DNA of 64,000 bases from Candidatus Binatia bacterium (GTDB taxonomy: Bacteria > Desulfobacterota > Binatia > Bin18). The stretch covers positions 160,001 to 224,000 of the forward strand of contig CAXXHG010000015.1 of the NCBI GenBank assembly GCA_963666315.2. Direction: 5' to 3'. The notes below the pieces were generated by a model. The model made no database searches and was not told where the DNA came from. It saw only the letters and a program-made list of their open reading frames with translations. Made by a program: the position numbers and the translations under genes. Of the stretch, positions 1 to 10,042 are shown piece by piece (position 1 is the first letter of the stretch; each line of letters starts with the position of its first letter).

Positions 1-1055
1 TGCAACCTCGACTCACCTTACTCTGGTCCTTGCTGCGTCAAGACGGGCTGCTGGTCATACAAATCGATGACAATGAATTTGCCCGCCTGTATCTCTTGCT
101 GGCTGACCTGTGGGGGGAACACAACCTCAAGACGATATGCGTAAAAATGGCGGAGCCAACCGGTGTCAAAATGGCACACGCCAGGGCACATGGCAGCATA
201 CCCAAACTGAAAGAATATCTCATCTTAGCAGGCAAGTCGGGCGTTCGTGGCTTACATCCGGAACGGATCGGCAAAGACAGCTGGGATCCGGAGTATCGAT
301 GGGTCGTCAGCCATGCGAGTCCCGAAGCGATCCACACCCTCAAAGCTATTATTGAGAATTCGGCACGTACGACAGACGACGTGCGCCAGGCGGACGCCAT
401 CTGTCATCATTTCTCGCTTGAACCGCTTGATGCCGTCTGCCAACGAGAAACCGACGCCTACGCCAACCCGGAATGGCTCCAGGCCAATGCCTGGCGCATA
501 GTCCGGACGTGCTCGACCAGTACCACGGCAAAGCAGCGCGCGGATCATAAGCGCCCAACACTCGATCCAGACGCGGGCGCATTCACCATCGAGACAGCAC
601 GGCGCAAACTCTACGTCATGACCCGCCACTACAATCCAGACCGGGCGCAGCCTCGTATGCGGATCCTGTTTGCCGCTGACTACCTCACCGTCCACCCGGG
701 AGACTTTTGGGCAGACATTAAAACAACGGGCTTAGGTGACGAAGGAGGGGTAACCTTCACCAAGGGCAAGAAGCCCGAAGCCCTCTTAAAACGCATTATT
801 GGGATGGCCACCCAACCCGGCGACTGGGTCTTAGACGCCTTTGCCGGGTCTGGAACAACAGGAGCGGTTGCGCATAAGATGGGCCGGCGTTGGATCATGA
901 TAGAGCACGGCAAGCACTGCCACACACATCTGCTGCCGCGTCTTCGAGGCGTCATCGACGGCTCGGATCAGACCGGCATTAGTAAGAGCCTGCAGTGGCA
1001 AGGCGGCGGAGGCTTTCGGTATTTTCAGCTCGCTGCGGTCACTCAGCGGTCCTGA
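1..1055 (+). CDS. Site-specific DNA adenine methyltransferase, type III R-M Mod-like (5' end outside window)
   Basis: IQIDDNE, KPEALLKRII, VLDAFAGSGTTGAVAHKMGRRWI and C-terminal WQGGGGFRYF are typical Mod motifs. The frame is open back to the window start. Confidence 0.85.
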   Translation, partial: QPRLTLLWSLLRQDGLLVIQIDDNEFARLYLLLADLWGEHNLKTICVKMAEPTGVKMAHARAHGSIPKLKEYLILAGKSGVRGLHPERIGKDSWDPEYRWVVSHASPEAIHTLKAIIENSARTTDDVRQADAICHHFSLEPLDAVCQRETDAYANPEWLQANAWRIVRTCSTSTTAKQRADHKRPTLDPDAGAFTIETARRKLYVMTRHYNPDRAQPRMRILFAADYLTVHPGDFWADIKTTGLGDEGGVTFTKGKKPEALLKRIIGMATQPGDWVLDAFAGSGTTGAVAHKMGRRWIMIEHGKHCHTHLLPRLRGVIDGSDQTGISKSLQWQGGGGFRYFQLAAVTQRS

Positions 1056-1849
1056 TACACCCCGTCTCGTTTTTCTCGAAACGCCTTGACTGCTTCGCGC
1101 ATATCTTCGCTGCCGAAGCAGGCCAGGCCAAGATAGGCATCTGCATAGGTAATATCACCGGACCGATTCGTCTGGAGCGCACGGAAAAAATCTTTGGTTC
1201 GTCGCAGCGCCATGGGTGGCCGACCAATGAGTTTGTGGGCCCATGCCCGTGCGGTTGATGCAAGCTGGTCGAGCGGCACTACTTGGTTCACGAGTCCGAC
1301 GTCGAGGGCCTCTGCGGCACTGAGTTCATCACACGTCATGACGAGTTCTTTGGCTTTGGCCATGCCGACTAGGTTAATCAGACGGGTAATGGAGCCCCAC
1401 ATATACGGCACCCCAAGGCGCACCTCCGGGATCCACATGCGGGCCTCGGACGCCACAATCCGAAAATCGCAAGCCATGGCTAACGACACCCCCCCGCCGA
1501 CAGCAAAGCCGTTGACGGCCGCTATCGTGATCTGATCTAAACGCTCCCATTCGTCCATAATACGCCAGCCGGTTTTGGACAGGCGTAGGCGGGCGGCGTC
1601 GCTCATCTGCGCCTGTGCACCAGGCTCACTCCCTGCAGACAGCATTTTCATGTCAGCCCCAACACAGAACGATTTGCCCTGCCCGGTGAGCACCACCACG
1701 CGGGTTTCTTCGTCGGCTTGAAAGGTCCGAGCGATATCCAGAAACTCGTGCATCACTTGTTCGTTGATCGGGTTGAGTTTATCTGGACGATTAAACAACA
1801 CCGTCGCGATCTGACCCGATCGGTCCACACGAAAAGTTTCATATTCCAT
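1043..1849 (-). CDS. Enoyl-CoA hydratase/isomerase (crotonase) family protein
   Basis: NRPDKLN, FCVGADM, AAVNGFAVGGG, ACDFRI and PEVRLG motifs. Confidence 0.92.
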   Translation of the reverse strand: MEYETFRVDRSGQIATVLFNRPDKLNPINEQVMHEFLDIARTFQADEETRVVVLTGQGKSFCVGADMKMLSAGSEPGAQAQMSDAARLRLSKTGWRIMDEWERLDQITIAAVNGFAVGGGVSLAMACDFRIVASEARMWIPEVRLGVPYMWGSITRLINLVGMAKAKELVMTCDELSAAEALDVGLVNQVVPLDQLASTARAWAHKLIGRPPMALRRTKDFFRALQTNRSGDITYADAYLGLACFGSEDMREAVKAFREKRDGVYQDR

Positions 1850-1943
1850 ACTGTCCTCCTTTTCATGATCTGCTCATGATCTGCACGTTCTCCGGAGCGA
1901 GAGAAACACAGGTCTATCGGTCGTATCAACTTCAGGCGGTGGG

Positions 1944-4606
1944 CAGCATCCGGCCATCCTGGGTGCAACCGACGCCTTTGCCCAAGCTGAGATCCTCACC
2001 CTGTATGACCCGGATCGCGCCCAAGTCGTCTCCCACGCCGGACGTATCAGCACCTGGGAGACTTTCCTCACCGACGTTCGCGCCCAGCTTGGCATCCACA
2101 AGGCCAACCAAGGTACCGGACTCCGTATTCTGACCGAGACAGTCATCTCGCCCACCCTCGCGCGGCAACTGTAGACGCTGCTGAGCGATTTCCCGCAGGC
2201 CGAGTGGCATCAATACGAGCCCGCCGGACGCCATCATGCTCATGCCGGCGCTCGGCTTGCTTTTGGCGCAGCAGTCGAAACGCACTATCACCTCGACCAG
2301 GCAGACGTCGTAGTCAGCCTGGTGCAGATTTTCTAGGAACGTTCTCAGACAGCGTTCGCACGACTCGAGATTTTTCGGCGCGACGGCGTGTTGACGACCC
2401 GCAGGCGAACATGAATCGCCTGTACGTGCTGGAGAGCACTCCATCGATTACGGGCGCGATTGCGCATCATCACCTGCCTCTCCGTCCGCGTGAAATTGGA
2501 CAGTTCGCACGAATATTAGCCCAGCAGCTCGGCGTCTCGGGGATTGTGGAGTCCTCGGTAGCTTTACCACAAGAAGCGCAGCGGTGGATACACCCTCTGC
2601 TGCATGAACTCAAACAACATCAGGGTGCAAGTCTGATCATTGTCGGCGAAGGCCAACCGCCGCTGCTACACGCCCTGGGTCACGTCCTCAATCACGCTCT
2701 AGGCAATATTGGCACCACGGTCAGCTATACCGAATCAGCCGAAGCCCACCCCACCGATCATATTGACTCGCTACGTGCTTTGGTCCGCGACATGCAAGCC
2801 GGCCAGGCAGATACGCTGCTCATCCTCGGGGACAATCCAGTCTACACCGCGCCGGCCGATCTCGATTTCGCCGCGCATCTGGCTCCGGTCAAGGTGCGCA
2901 TGCATCTCGGCATATATGAAGATGAGACCGCGGCCTTATGCCAGTGGCATATCCCTGAGGCACATCCGCTCGAAACCTGGAGCGATGCACGCGCGGCCGA
3001 TGGAACGGCAACCATTCTGCAGCCCCTGATTGCCCCGCTGTACGACGGCAAGTCAGCCCATGAACTGCTGGTTGCGCTCTTTGATCAGTCCGGCCGTTCC
3101 GGCCACGATATTGTTCAGGATTACTGGCGTAACGACTGGGTTCAGCACCACCAAGCCTCCCACCCAGCCGATTTCAACACGTTTCGGCAAACGGCGCTGC
3201 ACGACGGCATTGTTGTCGGGAGCGCATTTCCAACCAAGTCGATCACACCCCGAACCGACCTGGCGGACTGGACCGAACGCTCTACGGTCGGAGAATCCGG
3301 AGATGCGGACCAGCCGACATTCGATCTCATCTTTCAGCCCGATCCGACCATCTGGGACGGCCGATTTGCCAATAATGGCTGGCTGCAAGAACTGCCCAAA
3401 CCACTCACCAAGCTGACATAGGATAACGCCGCTCTTGTGAGCTTGCATATGGCTGAGCAGCTCGGTATCACGAATGAAGATGTGGTCGAGCTGCGTTTCG
3501 ACGGCCACAGCGTCGAGGCACCGATCTGGATTACGCCCGGCCACGTGGACAAGGCGGTCACTATTCATCTGGGTTACGGACGCACCAGAGCAGGCCGCGT
3601 GGGGACAGGCGTCGGCTTCAACGCCTACGCGTTGCGGACAACACGGGCATTGTGGTCCGCCAGCGGTCTTGAAATCCGCAAGACGGGCAAAACACACGCC
3701 CTGGCCTGTACTCAAGATCATTCCAATATGGAGGGCCGGCCGCTCATCCGGACGGGCACCCTGACCGAATACCGGCAACATCCCCACTTCGCGCAGGAGA
3801 TGGCCCATGATCCGCCGCCCGAGCTGAGCATGCATCCGGCCTATAGCTATGATGGCTATGCCTGGGGCATGACCATAGACCTGAACTCGTGCATTGGTTG
3901 TAACGCCTGCACTATCGCCTGCCAGGCGGAAAATAATATTCCCGTAGTCGGCAAAGAGCAGGTTGCCGCCGGCCGCGAGATGCACTGGATACGCATAGAC
4001 CGGTATTATTCCGGCGACCTGGATAACCCTGAGACCGACCATCAGCCCATACCCTGCATGCAGTGCGAAAATGCGCCGTGTGAAGTCGTCTGTCCGGTCG
4101 GGGCAACCGCCCACAGTGATGAGGGCCTGAATGACATGGTCTACAACCGCTGTGTGGGCACGAGATACTGTTCGAATAACTGTCCGTATAAAGTGCGGCG
4201 CTTTAACTTCTTCCAGTACGCCGATTACGACACACCCAGCCTCAAACTGCTCAATAACCCTGACGTCACGGTTCGCAATCGCGGCGTCATGGAAAAATGC
4301 ACCTACTGCGTTCAGCGCATCAACACTGTTCGCATAGACGCCAAAAAAGAAGACCGCTCTATCCGCGACGGCGAAATCGTTCCCGCTTGTGTCCAATTGT
4401 GCCCGGCGCAAGCCATTACGTTCGGCGATATCAATGACGCACAGAGTCGCGTCTCGCAACGCCGAGCTGAACCACGCCAGTACGGTCTGTTGACCGAACT
4501 CAACACCCGACCACGTACGACCTATCTGTCCAAGCTGCGCAACCCCAATCCCGAGCTTGCCCCGCAGACCCAAGGTGGCCGGCACGACAAGCCGCAGCAC
4601 ACATAA
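1944..4606 (+). pseudogene. actB: Alternative complex III subunit ActB (molybdopterin oxidoreductase-like plus 4Fe-4S domains), degraded
   Basis: Reads HPAILGATDAFAQAEILTLYDPDR from 1947, so the N-terminus and TAT signal are missing. TAG at 2172-2174, 1-nt deletion near 2321, and TGG>TAG at 3419-3421 (KLT*DNAA). C-terminal CIGCNACTIACQAENN, CMQCENAPCEVVCP, CVGTRYCSNNCPY and MEKCTYCVQRI. Confidence 0.9.
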
Positions 4607-4617
4607 GAGTAGAAGAG

Positions 4618-4797
4618 CACGCGTTTCACATGATTATCGGTATAGGCATTCTCACCGTCTTGGCGGTCATGTAGTGGCGCAACCGCTTTTCATCGAACTA
4701 TTACGCACCGGTCGAGGTGACTGGATTGTACTGGCATTTTGTTGATATCGCGTGGATCTTTTTATTCCCGCTGCTGTATTTGATTGGACGACACTAA
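4618..4797 (+). pseudogene. Cytochrome c oxidase subunit III, C-terminal remnant
   Basis: Manual translation [58 protein letters not shown]. Has the GLYWHFVD signature, an internal TAG at 4672-4674 and no N-terminus. Confidence 0.88.
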
Positions 4798-5147
4798 TGG
4801 CACAGCATATTGCTACACTGAAGTCGTATTACACCGTCTTTGCTTCTCTTCTTGTCCTGACCGGTGTCACCGTCTGGGTCGCGTTTATGGATCTTGGCGC
4901 ACTCAATAATGTGATTGCGCTCAGCATCGCAGTGGCCAAGGCCGTGCTCGTCATCCTGTTCTTCATGCATGTGCGTCAGAATAGCCAACTCACTAAGCTC
5001 TTTGTCGGAGTCGGCTTTTTCTGGCTCGTGATTCTGATCAGTTTCACGCTGGGCGATATCTTCACCCGCGATCGGCTGTCTGTCCCACAGGGGTGGCAGC
5101 AGACAGAGGCTGCCGTTACGATCTCCTCACCCGGCTCGCATCCCTAA
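4797..5147 (+). CDS. Cytochrome c oxidase subunit IV (caa3-type)
   Basis: Three TM helices with AVAKAVLVILFFMHV. ATG overlaps the TAA of the coxIII remnant (TAATG). Confidence 0.85.
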   Translation: MAQHIATLKSYYTVFASLLVLTGVTVWVAFMDLGALNNVIALSIAVAKAVLVILFFMHVRQNSQLTKLFVGVGFFWLVILISFTLGDIFTRDRLSVPQGWQQTEAAVTISSPGSHP

Positions 5148-5420
5148 AGGCCATATTTCTCTGAGACGCCTCGCCGCTTCGGAACAGCTGGCCAATACGA
5201 CCCAATGTTCGTATTGCCACTTCACTTCCTCTGAGCTGAGACAGTAGACGCTGCTCTTCTTGTGCCTCCCCTTTTCCGATACCGTCGGCCAACAGGTCGA
5301 CATGTCCGAGTAAGACTTCCAGAACGTTACGTCGGCTCATGAAAGCGTGCACGACAACGTACCGAACGTGTATGAAAATGTGCCAGGAAATGCGTACGGG
5401 AACGTGCTAAGAAAACGCGT

Positions 5421-6476
5421 ATGAACACCATGGCGGTCGTCACTCCCGGTCCGATCGAAAGCCACCCTCTACAGCCATGGGATTTGCCGACTCCTCAACC
5501 AGCACAAGGTCAAGTGCGCATTTGCGTTGACGTGTGTGGGGTATGTCGAACCGATCTACACATAGCCGAGGGTGAGCTACCGCCACACCGCAGCCCTATT
5601 GTTCCTGGTCATGAGGCGGTGGGGACTGTGGTACGATGTGGGCCTGGAGTCCGGCAACTCAAAGAAGGTGACCGGGTCGGAGTGGCCTGGCTGTATACCG
5701 CCTGCATGCACTGCCCGTATTGCCGGCGGGGAGAAGAGAACTTGTGCGCGATGCCGCGGTTCACCGGCTACGATGAGCATGGCGGCTATGCTGAGTATAT
5801 GGTCGCCCCGGAAGCATTTGTGTATCCGCTCCCGTCGGGTCTCTCATCAGTTGAGGCTGCCCCTTTTCTGTGTGCGGGCATTATAGGCTACCGGGCGCTG
5901 CGACGCTGTGGCATACAACCAAAGCAGCGCCTGGGTTTATACGGCTTTGGTGGCTCTGCGCATATCGTGATCCAAATTGCTCGCTATTGGGACTGCGAGG
6001 TCTACGTTGTCACGCGCGGAGAGCAACACCGCGCGCTTGCCCTGCAGTTGGGGGCAACTTGGGTGGGCGTGGCACACGACCCAATGCCGGAAAAGCTGCA
6101 TGCAGCCATTATCTTTGCCCCGGCGGGCACACTTGTTCCGCTCGCTCTCGCAGCGCTTGATCGGGGAGGTCGCTTGGCGTTGGCCGGCGTATATATGACT
6201 CAGATTCCAGCCCTCGACTATGAAGAGACCCTGTTCTATGAGCGAACGCTGTGTAGTGTGACCGCCAATACCCGTCAGGATGGGCGCGAATTGTTCAGTC
6301 TGGCCCAAGACATCCCACTCCATACCCACACAGAAGTATTTCCCCTAGACCAAGCAAACATCGCTCTCACACGGCTGAAAGACGGCCTGCTCAACGGGGC
6401 AGCAGTCCTTCAGGTCCAAGAGCAGATCCAGGAATCAGATCCATGCGACCGAATAAAGCGGAACGTATACCTATGA
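5421..6476 (+). CDS. Zinc-dependent alcohol dehydrogenase
   Basis: CGVCRTDLH, GHEAVG, CMHCPYCRRGEENLC and GLYGFGGSAH motifs. Confidence 0.93.
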   Translation: MNTMAVVTPGPIESHPLQPWDLPTPQPAQGQVRICVDVCGVCRTDLHIAEGELPPHRSPIVPGHEAVGTVVRCGPGVRQLKEGDRVGVAWLYTACMHCPYCRRGEENLCAMPRFTGYDEHGGYAEYMVAPEAFVYPLPSGLSSVEAAPFLCAGIIGYRALRRCGIQPKQRLGLYGFGGSAHIVIQIARYWDCEVYVVTRGEQHRALALQLGATWVGVAHDPMPEKLHAAIIFAPAGTLVPLALAALDRGGRLALAGVYMTQIPALDYEETLFYERTLCSVTANTRQDGRELFSLAQDIPLHTHTEVFPLDQANIALTRLKDGLLNGAAVLQVQEQIQESDPCDRIKRNVYL

Positions 6477-7900
6477 GTAACGTATTTTCAGCCCTTCCGC
6501 GCAAAACAAGAATTGTGTGCACCCTGGGTCCGGCGACACTCTCAGAAGCCACACTGCGGGGTCTGCTCCAAGCCGGGATGAATGTCGCTCGTTTGAACTG
6601 CTCGCATGGTACCCAGGCCGAGCACGGCGAACGCATCGCTTGCATTCGAAAACTGGCCGCTGAAGCACATACACCAGTTGCCATTCTCCTGGATCTTGCC
6701 GGACCGAAAGTCCGCGTGGGATCGTTTCAGGCCGGACCGGTCGAGCTCCGTGAGGGTGATCCGTTTACCCTGACCACTCGTACCGTCGAAGGCACATCCC
6801 ATCGGGTATCGGTCTCATATCCTGACCTGCCCGCTGAGGTAAAAGTCGGCGATGTCCTCCTCCTGTCGGACGGTGCGTTGGAATTGGTCGTTCGACAGGT
6901 GACACAGGAAGAGATCCACTGTCAGGTTGTTGTCGGCGGAACACTCAGTGCCCACAAGGGCGTCAACTGCCCGTCCGGACTGCTTGGGCTGCCTATTCTG
7001 GGCGAGAAAGACATCCGCGACCTCCAGTTTGGGCTGGACCAGGGTGTCGATTATATTGGCCTGTCGTTTGTCCGCACGGCTGACGACGTACGGACCGCCA
7101 AGCAGGAAATTGCCCAACGCGGAGGATCTACTCCGATTATTGCGAAAATCGAGACACAGGCTGCCCTCGCCGCTTTTGACGACATATTGGCCGAGGCGGA
7201 CGGGATCATGGTAGCCCGTGGCGACCTCGCCATCGAAACCCCGTTCTCCCGCGTTCCGATGATCCAAAAACAACTGATTTATCGCGCCAACCAACAAGCC
7301 AAGCCGGTGATTACCGCCACCCAGATGCTGTGGTCCATGGTGGATGCTCCGCGTCCGACCAGAGCCGAAGTCGCGGATGTAGCCAATGCCATTATCGATG
7401 GCAGTGATGCCGTGATGCTGTCCGAAGAAACCGCTATTGGACACAACCCTATTCGCGCGGTGCAGACGATGGCAGCCATTGCGACCGATACGGAACGCGC
7501 CTGGCTACGATTGTTCTCCCCTGATATACAGGAGTCGGACGATACCGCGGGCCCGACCGGAGTAGAAGCCATCGCCCAAGCCGCCTGCCACATGGCTACC
7601 CACCTGAGCGTCGAAGCGCTAGTGGCCGTGACACTTTCTGGTTTTACTGCGCGCTTTGTAGCCAAATTCCGCCCACTCCAGCCCATCATTGCAGCAACTC
7701 CCAAACCGGAAACCTACCGACAACTCGCCTTAGTCAGAGGAGTCTCGCCTCTGCTGCTTCCAGACACAGCCACAAACCGAGGCGAGATGATCGAACTGAC
7801 CCGGCGCTTTTTGCGTCAACATGGATGGCAGGGAAAACGTGTGATTATTGCTGCAAGTATTTCAGCTGACCACAACGTATTAACAACAGACATCCTCTAG
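6473..7900 (+). CDS. pyk: Pyruvate kinase
   Basis: RKTRIVCTLGP, ARLNCSHG, IAKIET, MVARGDL, TATQML, PTRAEVADVANA and DAVMLSEETA motifs. Confidence 0.96.
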   Translation: MSNVFSALPRKTRIVCTLGPATLSEATLRGLLQAGMNVARLNCSHGTQAEHGERIACIRKLAAEAHTPVAILLDLAGPKVRVGSFQAGPVELREGDPFTLTTRTVEGTSHRVSVSYPDLPAEVKVGDVLLLSDGALELVVRQVTQEEIHCQVVVGGTLSAHKGVNCPSGLLGLPILGEKDIRDLQFGLDQGVDYIGLSFVRTADDVRTAKQEIAQRGGSTPIIAKIETQAALAAFDDILAEADGIMVARGDLAIETPFSRVPMIQKQLIYRANQQAKPVITATQMLWSMVDAPRPTRAEVADVANAIIDGSDAVMLSEETAIGHNPIRAVQTMAAIATDTERAWLRLFSPDIQESDDTAGPTGVEAIAQAACHMATHLSVEALVAVTLSGFTARFVAKFRPLQPIIAATPKPETYRQLALVRGVSPLLLPDTATNRGEMIELTRRFLRQHGWQGKRVIIAASISADHNVLTTDIL

Positions 7901-7940
7901 CCCAAAAGCGTGAGCGTAGTGCTAAAGAAGCTTCAACCAG

Positions 7941-8075
7941 AGAGCGTGTCTAATAGGTGTCTCTGTGGCCCAAGCCAGAGCGAAAGCGGCGTGACCAAGG
8001 CGCCCGAAGCAGCCATATCCGCTGTGATATGGCGATGCAGGGCAACGCCCAGAATGGACTTTTTAGACACGCTCT
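7941..8075. mobile_element. MITE with 13-bp perfect terminal inverted repeats
   Basis: AGAGCGTGTCTAA (7941-7953) and TTAGACACGCTCT (8063-8075), with an internal GCCATATC...GATATGGC hairpin and no transposase. Confidence 0.75.
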
Positions 8076-8106
8076 GAGCTCTTCTCCACAATACAAAGGA
8101 CATGGT

Positions 8107-9147
8107 ATGCTTGCGGGCATGAACACAGGCGAAAGGCGCTACCGGTGGGCGGCCCTATTGGTAGCGACGTGCATGGGGTTGCCACTCCAGACATGGGCAG
8201 ATGCTGAAGTCTCAGAAAAAATACGCTTTGAAACGCAAGCACAGGCAATCACGATCGACCACACCGCTGAGGCAGATATTGAACAAACCCTACCCGTCCT
8301 ACCACCCGAGCAGTCCACTCCGTCCCCAAACCCAGCGGAGACCGAGCAGGCCGCTGAACCGGCAGATCTGTTTACAGACGACTATGAAGACGATGTCGAA
8401 GAGGATGTCGAAAACGATGTCCTGGATGTTCTTATTGAACTCAAAGAAGGCTTATTGACCGTCGACGTCCAAGACACTCCGCTCAACCAAGTCCTCACCA
8501 CCGTCGCCGAGCAGGGGAAATTTCGAGTGCTTTTTGTCGATCCGGCCCAAAACCGGATTAGTCTCGCGTTCGCAGACCTCCCCCTCAAAAAGGGCCTTGA
8601 AGAGTTGCTCAAAGGCTACGATCACATATTCCGTTACAGCGGGAAAAACGGCAGTCTCAGTATGGTCGCTGTGTATGCCAGAAAGACGAGGACAACGCCA
8701 ACACAATCGCTCCAGCGTCAACCCGCTCAGCACACACAGGCTATTGAGCCACAGGGTATTGATCCAGATGAGCCGGACGTTGCCCTACTTGCCGCTCAAG
8801 CGCTCGGGAGCCCTTATGAAGACGTACGCCTAGAGGCGGTCGAGGAGCTGGCCGATCTGGATAATCAGGCAGAAACGGCACACGTCCTGACTGAAGTACT
8901 CCAGAAAGACGAGAACTCCGACGTGCGTGAAGCCGCGCTGGAGTCTATTGCCGACTTTGAAGATCAGGACCTTCAACGCCGCGCGGCAAGTCTCTCCATT
9001 AATGACTCGGAACAAGACATCCGTATGCGAGCCGTGGAAATCTTGACCCACATCGAAGACTGGGACACTCTGCGCGACGTAGCCCAAGCCCATGATGACC
9101 CGGAGATTCGTGCACTCGCCAACGACGCGCTTGAAGACGAGCAGTAG
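8107..9147 (+). CDS. Secreted acidic protein with a secretin N0/STN-like domain and HEAT repeats
   Basis: Signal-like N-terminus, then LLTVDVQDTPLNQVLTTVAEQ...ISLAFADLPLKKGLEELL. Repeated DVRLEAVEEL, DVREAALESI and DIRMRAVEIL HEAT-like units. Confidence 0.65.
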   Translation: MLAGMNTGERRYRWAALLVATCMGLPLQTWADAEVSEKIRFETQAQAITIDHTAEADIEQTLPVLPPEQSTPSPNPAETEQAAEPADLFTDDYEDDVEEDVENDVLDVLIELKEGLLTVDVQDTPLNQVLTTVAEQGKFRVLFVDPAQNRISLAFADLPLKKGLEELLKGYDHIFRYSGKNGSLSMVAVYARKTRTTPTQSLQRQPAQHTQAIEPQGIDPDEPDVALLAAQALGSPYEDVRLEAVEELADLDNQAETAHVLTEVLQKDENSDVREAALESIADFEDQDLQRRAASLSINDSEQDIRMRAVEILTHIEDWDTLRDVAQAHDDPEIRALANDALEDEQ

Positions 9148-9306
9148 GCAGCAGACAGTAGGCGCCGGGTTTACCGCGATTTCGGACACAAGCACCGAAA
9201 ACCCCACAGAGCACGAACACAGACCGGGCCAACAACGGTATCCAGAGCAAACACACCGGCGGCCAACAGGCCGCCAGGCACGGTTACTCCGGAATAAGGA
9301 AAGAAT

Positions 9307-10023
9307 ATGTCACAAACCAGGGCTGTCCTGTTTGATTTCGGCGGAACCCTTTTTGACTATGAGACGACCGCTCCAGGCGAGCGGGCATGTTTAATTGAGC
9401 TGGCATATGAGGCCGGAATAACCGCTGAGGCAAAGGATGTGCGTCGGGCATACCGGGCATCGCTCAAACGCGTCTTCTATGCATATCTGCCCCAACCGTA
9501 TTATCTCCATCGGGATATGTTTCGGGATGCATTACTGGGGACAGCAACGCATTTCGGCGTCACATTCACCGCAGAGCAGCTTGCGTGCTATCGAGCAAAT
9601 CAACGCCGGCAACGGAAGCACGATTTTCGGTTGCGGGACGGCGTGACGGAAACCTTATCGGCCTTACGCCGGCGTGGGCTACATCTGGGGATCGTCAGTA
9701 ATGTTGATAACGAGCAGTTTTCGCACATGATGCAGCTGTCCGCGCTTGAGCCGTATTTTGACTCGCTACTGACCAGTGAAGACGTGCAATCATGCAAGCC
9801 GGATCAAGCTATTTTTGCTGAGGCCTTGAGACGTGCAGGATGTTTGCCCCAAGAAGCCATTTTTGTCGGGGATTCTTTGCAACAAGATATCGCTGGAGCC
9901 AATCGCGCGGGTATGCATTCGGTACTGATTTGGTCGCAGTCGGATAGAGACCCGCCCCGTACTCACGCAAAACCACAGCATGTCATTCGACAGATTCCAG
10001 AGCTCTTGGATATAGTGGCCTAG
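9307..10023 (+). CDS. HAD-superfamily hydrolase
   Basis: AVLFDFGGTL, GIVSN, KPDQAIF and FVGDSLQQDIAGA motifs. Confidence 0.9.
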   Translation: MSQTRAVLFDFGGTLFDYETTAPGERACLIELAYEAGITAEAKDVRRAYRASLKRVFYAYLPQPYYLHRDMFRDALLGTATHFGVTFTAEQLACYRANQRRQRKHDFRLRDGVTETLSALRRRGLHLGIVSNVDNEQFSHMMQLSALEPYFDSLLTSEDVQSCKPDQAIFAEALRRAGCLPQEAIFVGDSLQQDIAGANRAGMHSVLIWSQSDRDPPRTHAKPQHVIRQIPELLDIVA

Positions 10024-10042
10024 AAGAAGAGGAGGCATTGTG

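Noticed and set aside
1930-1946. CTTCAGGCGGTGGG resembling an IS200/IS605 end at the actB truncation
   Set aside because: The partner arm of the hairpin is absent and no tnpA/tnpB remnant is visible.
3053-4600. 515-aa minus-strand ORF
   Set aside because: Antisense shadow of actB with no recognisable motifs.
7957-8106. Long N-terminal extension of the HEAT protein
   Set aside because: Derived from the MITE; the signal peptide indicates a start at 8107 or 8119.
9205-9275. Imperfect direct repeat CAGAGCA..ACAC..CCGG..GCCAACA
   Set aside because: Only two degenerate copies and no associated gene; probably a local duplication.
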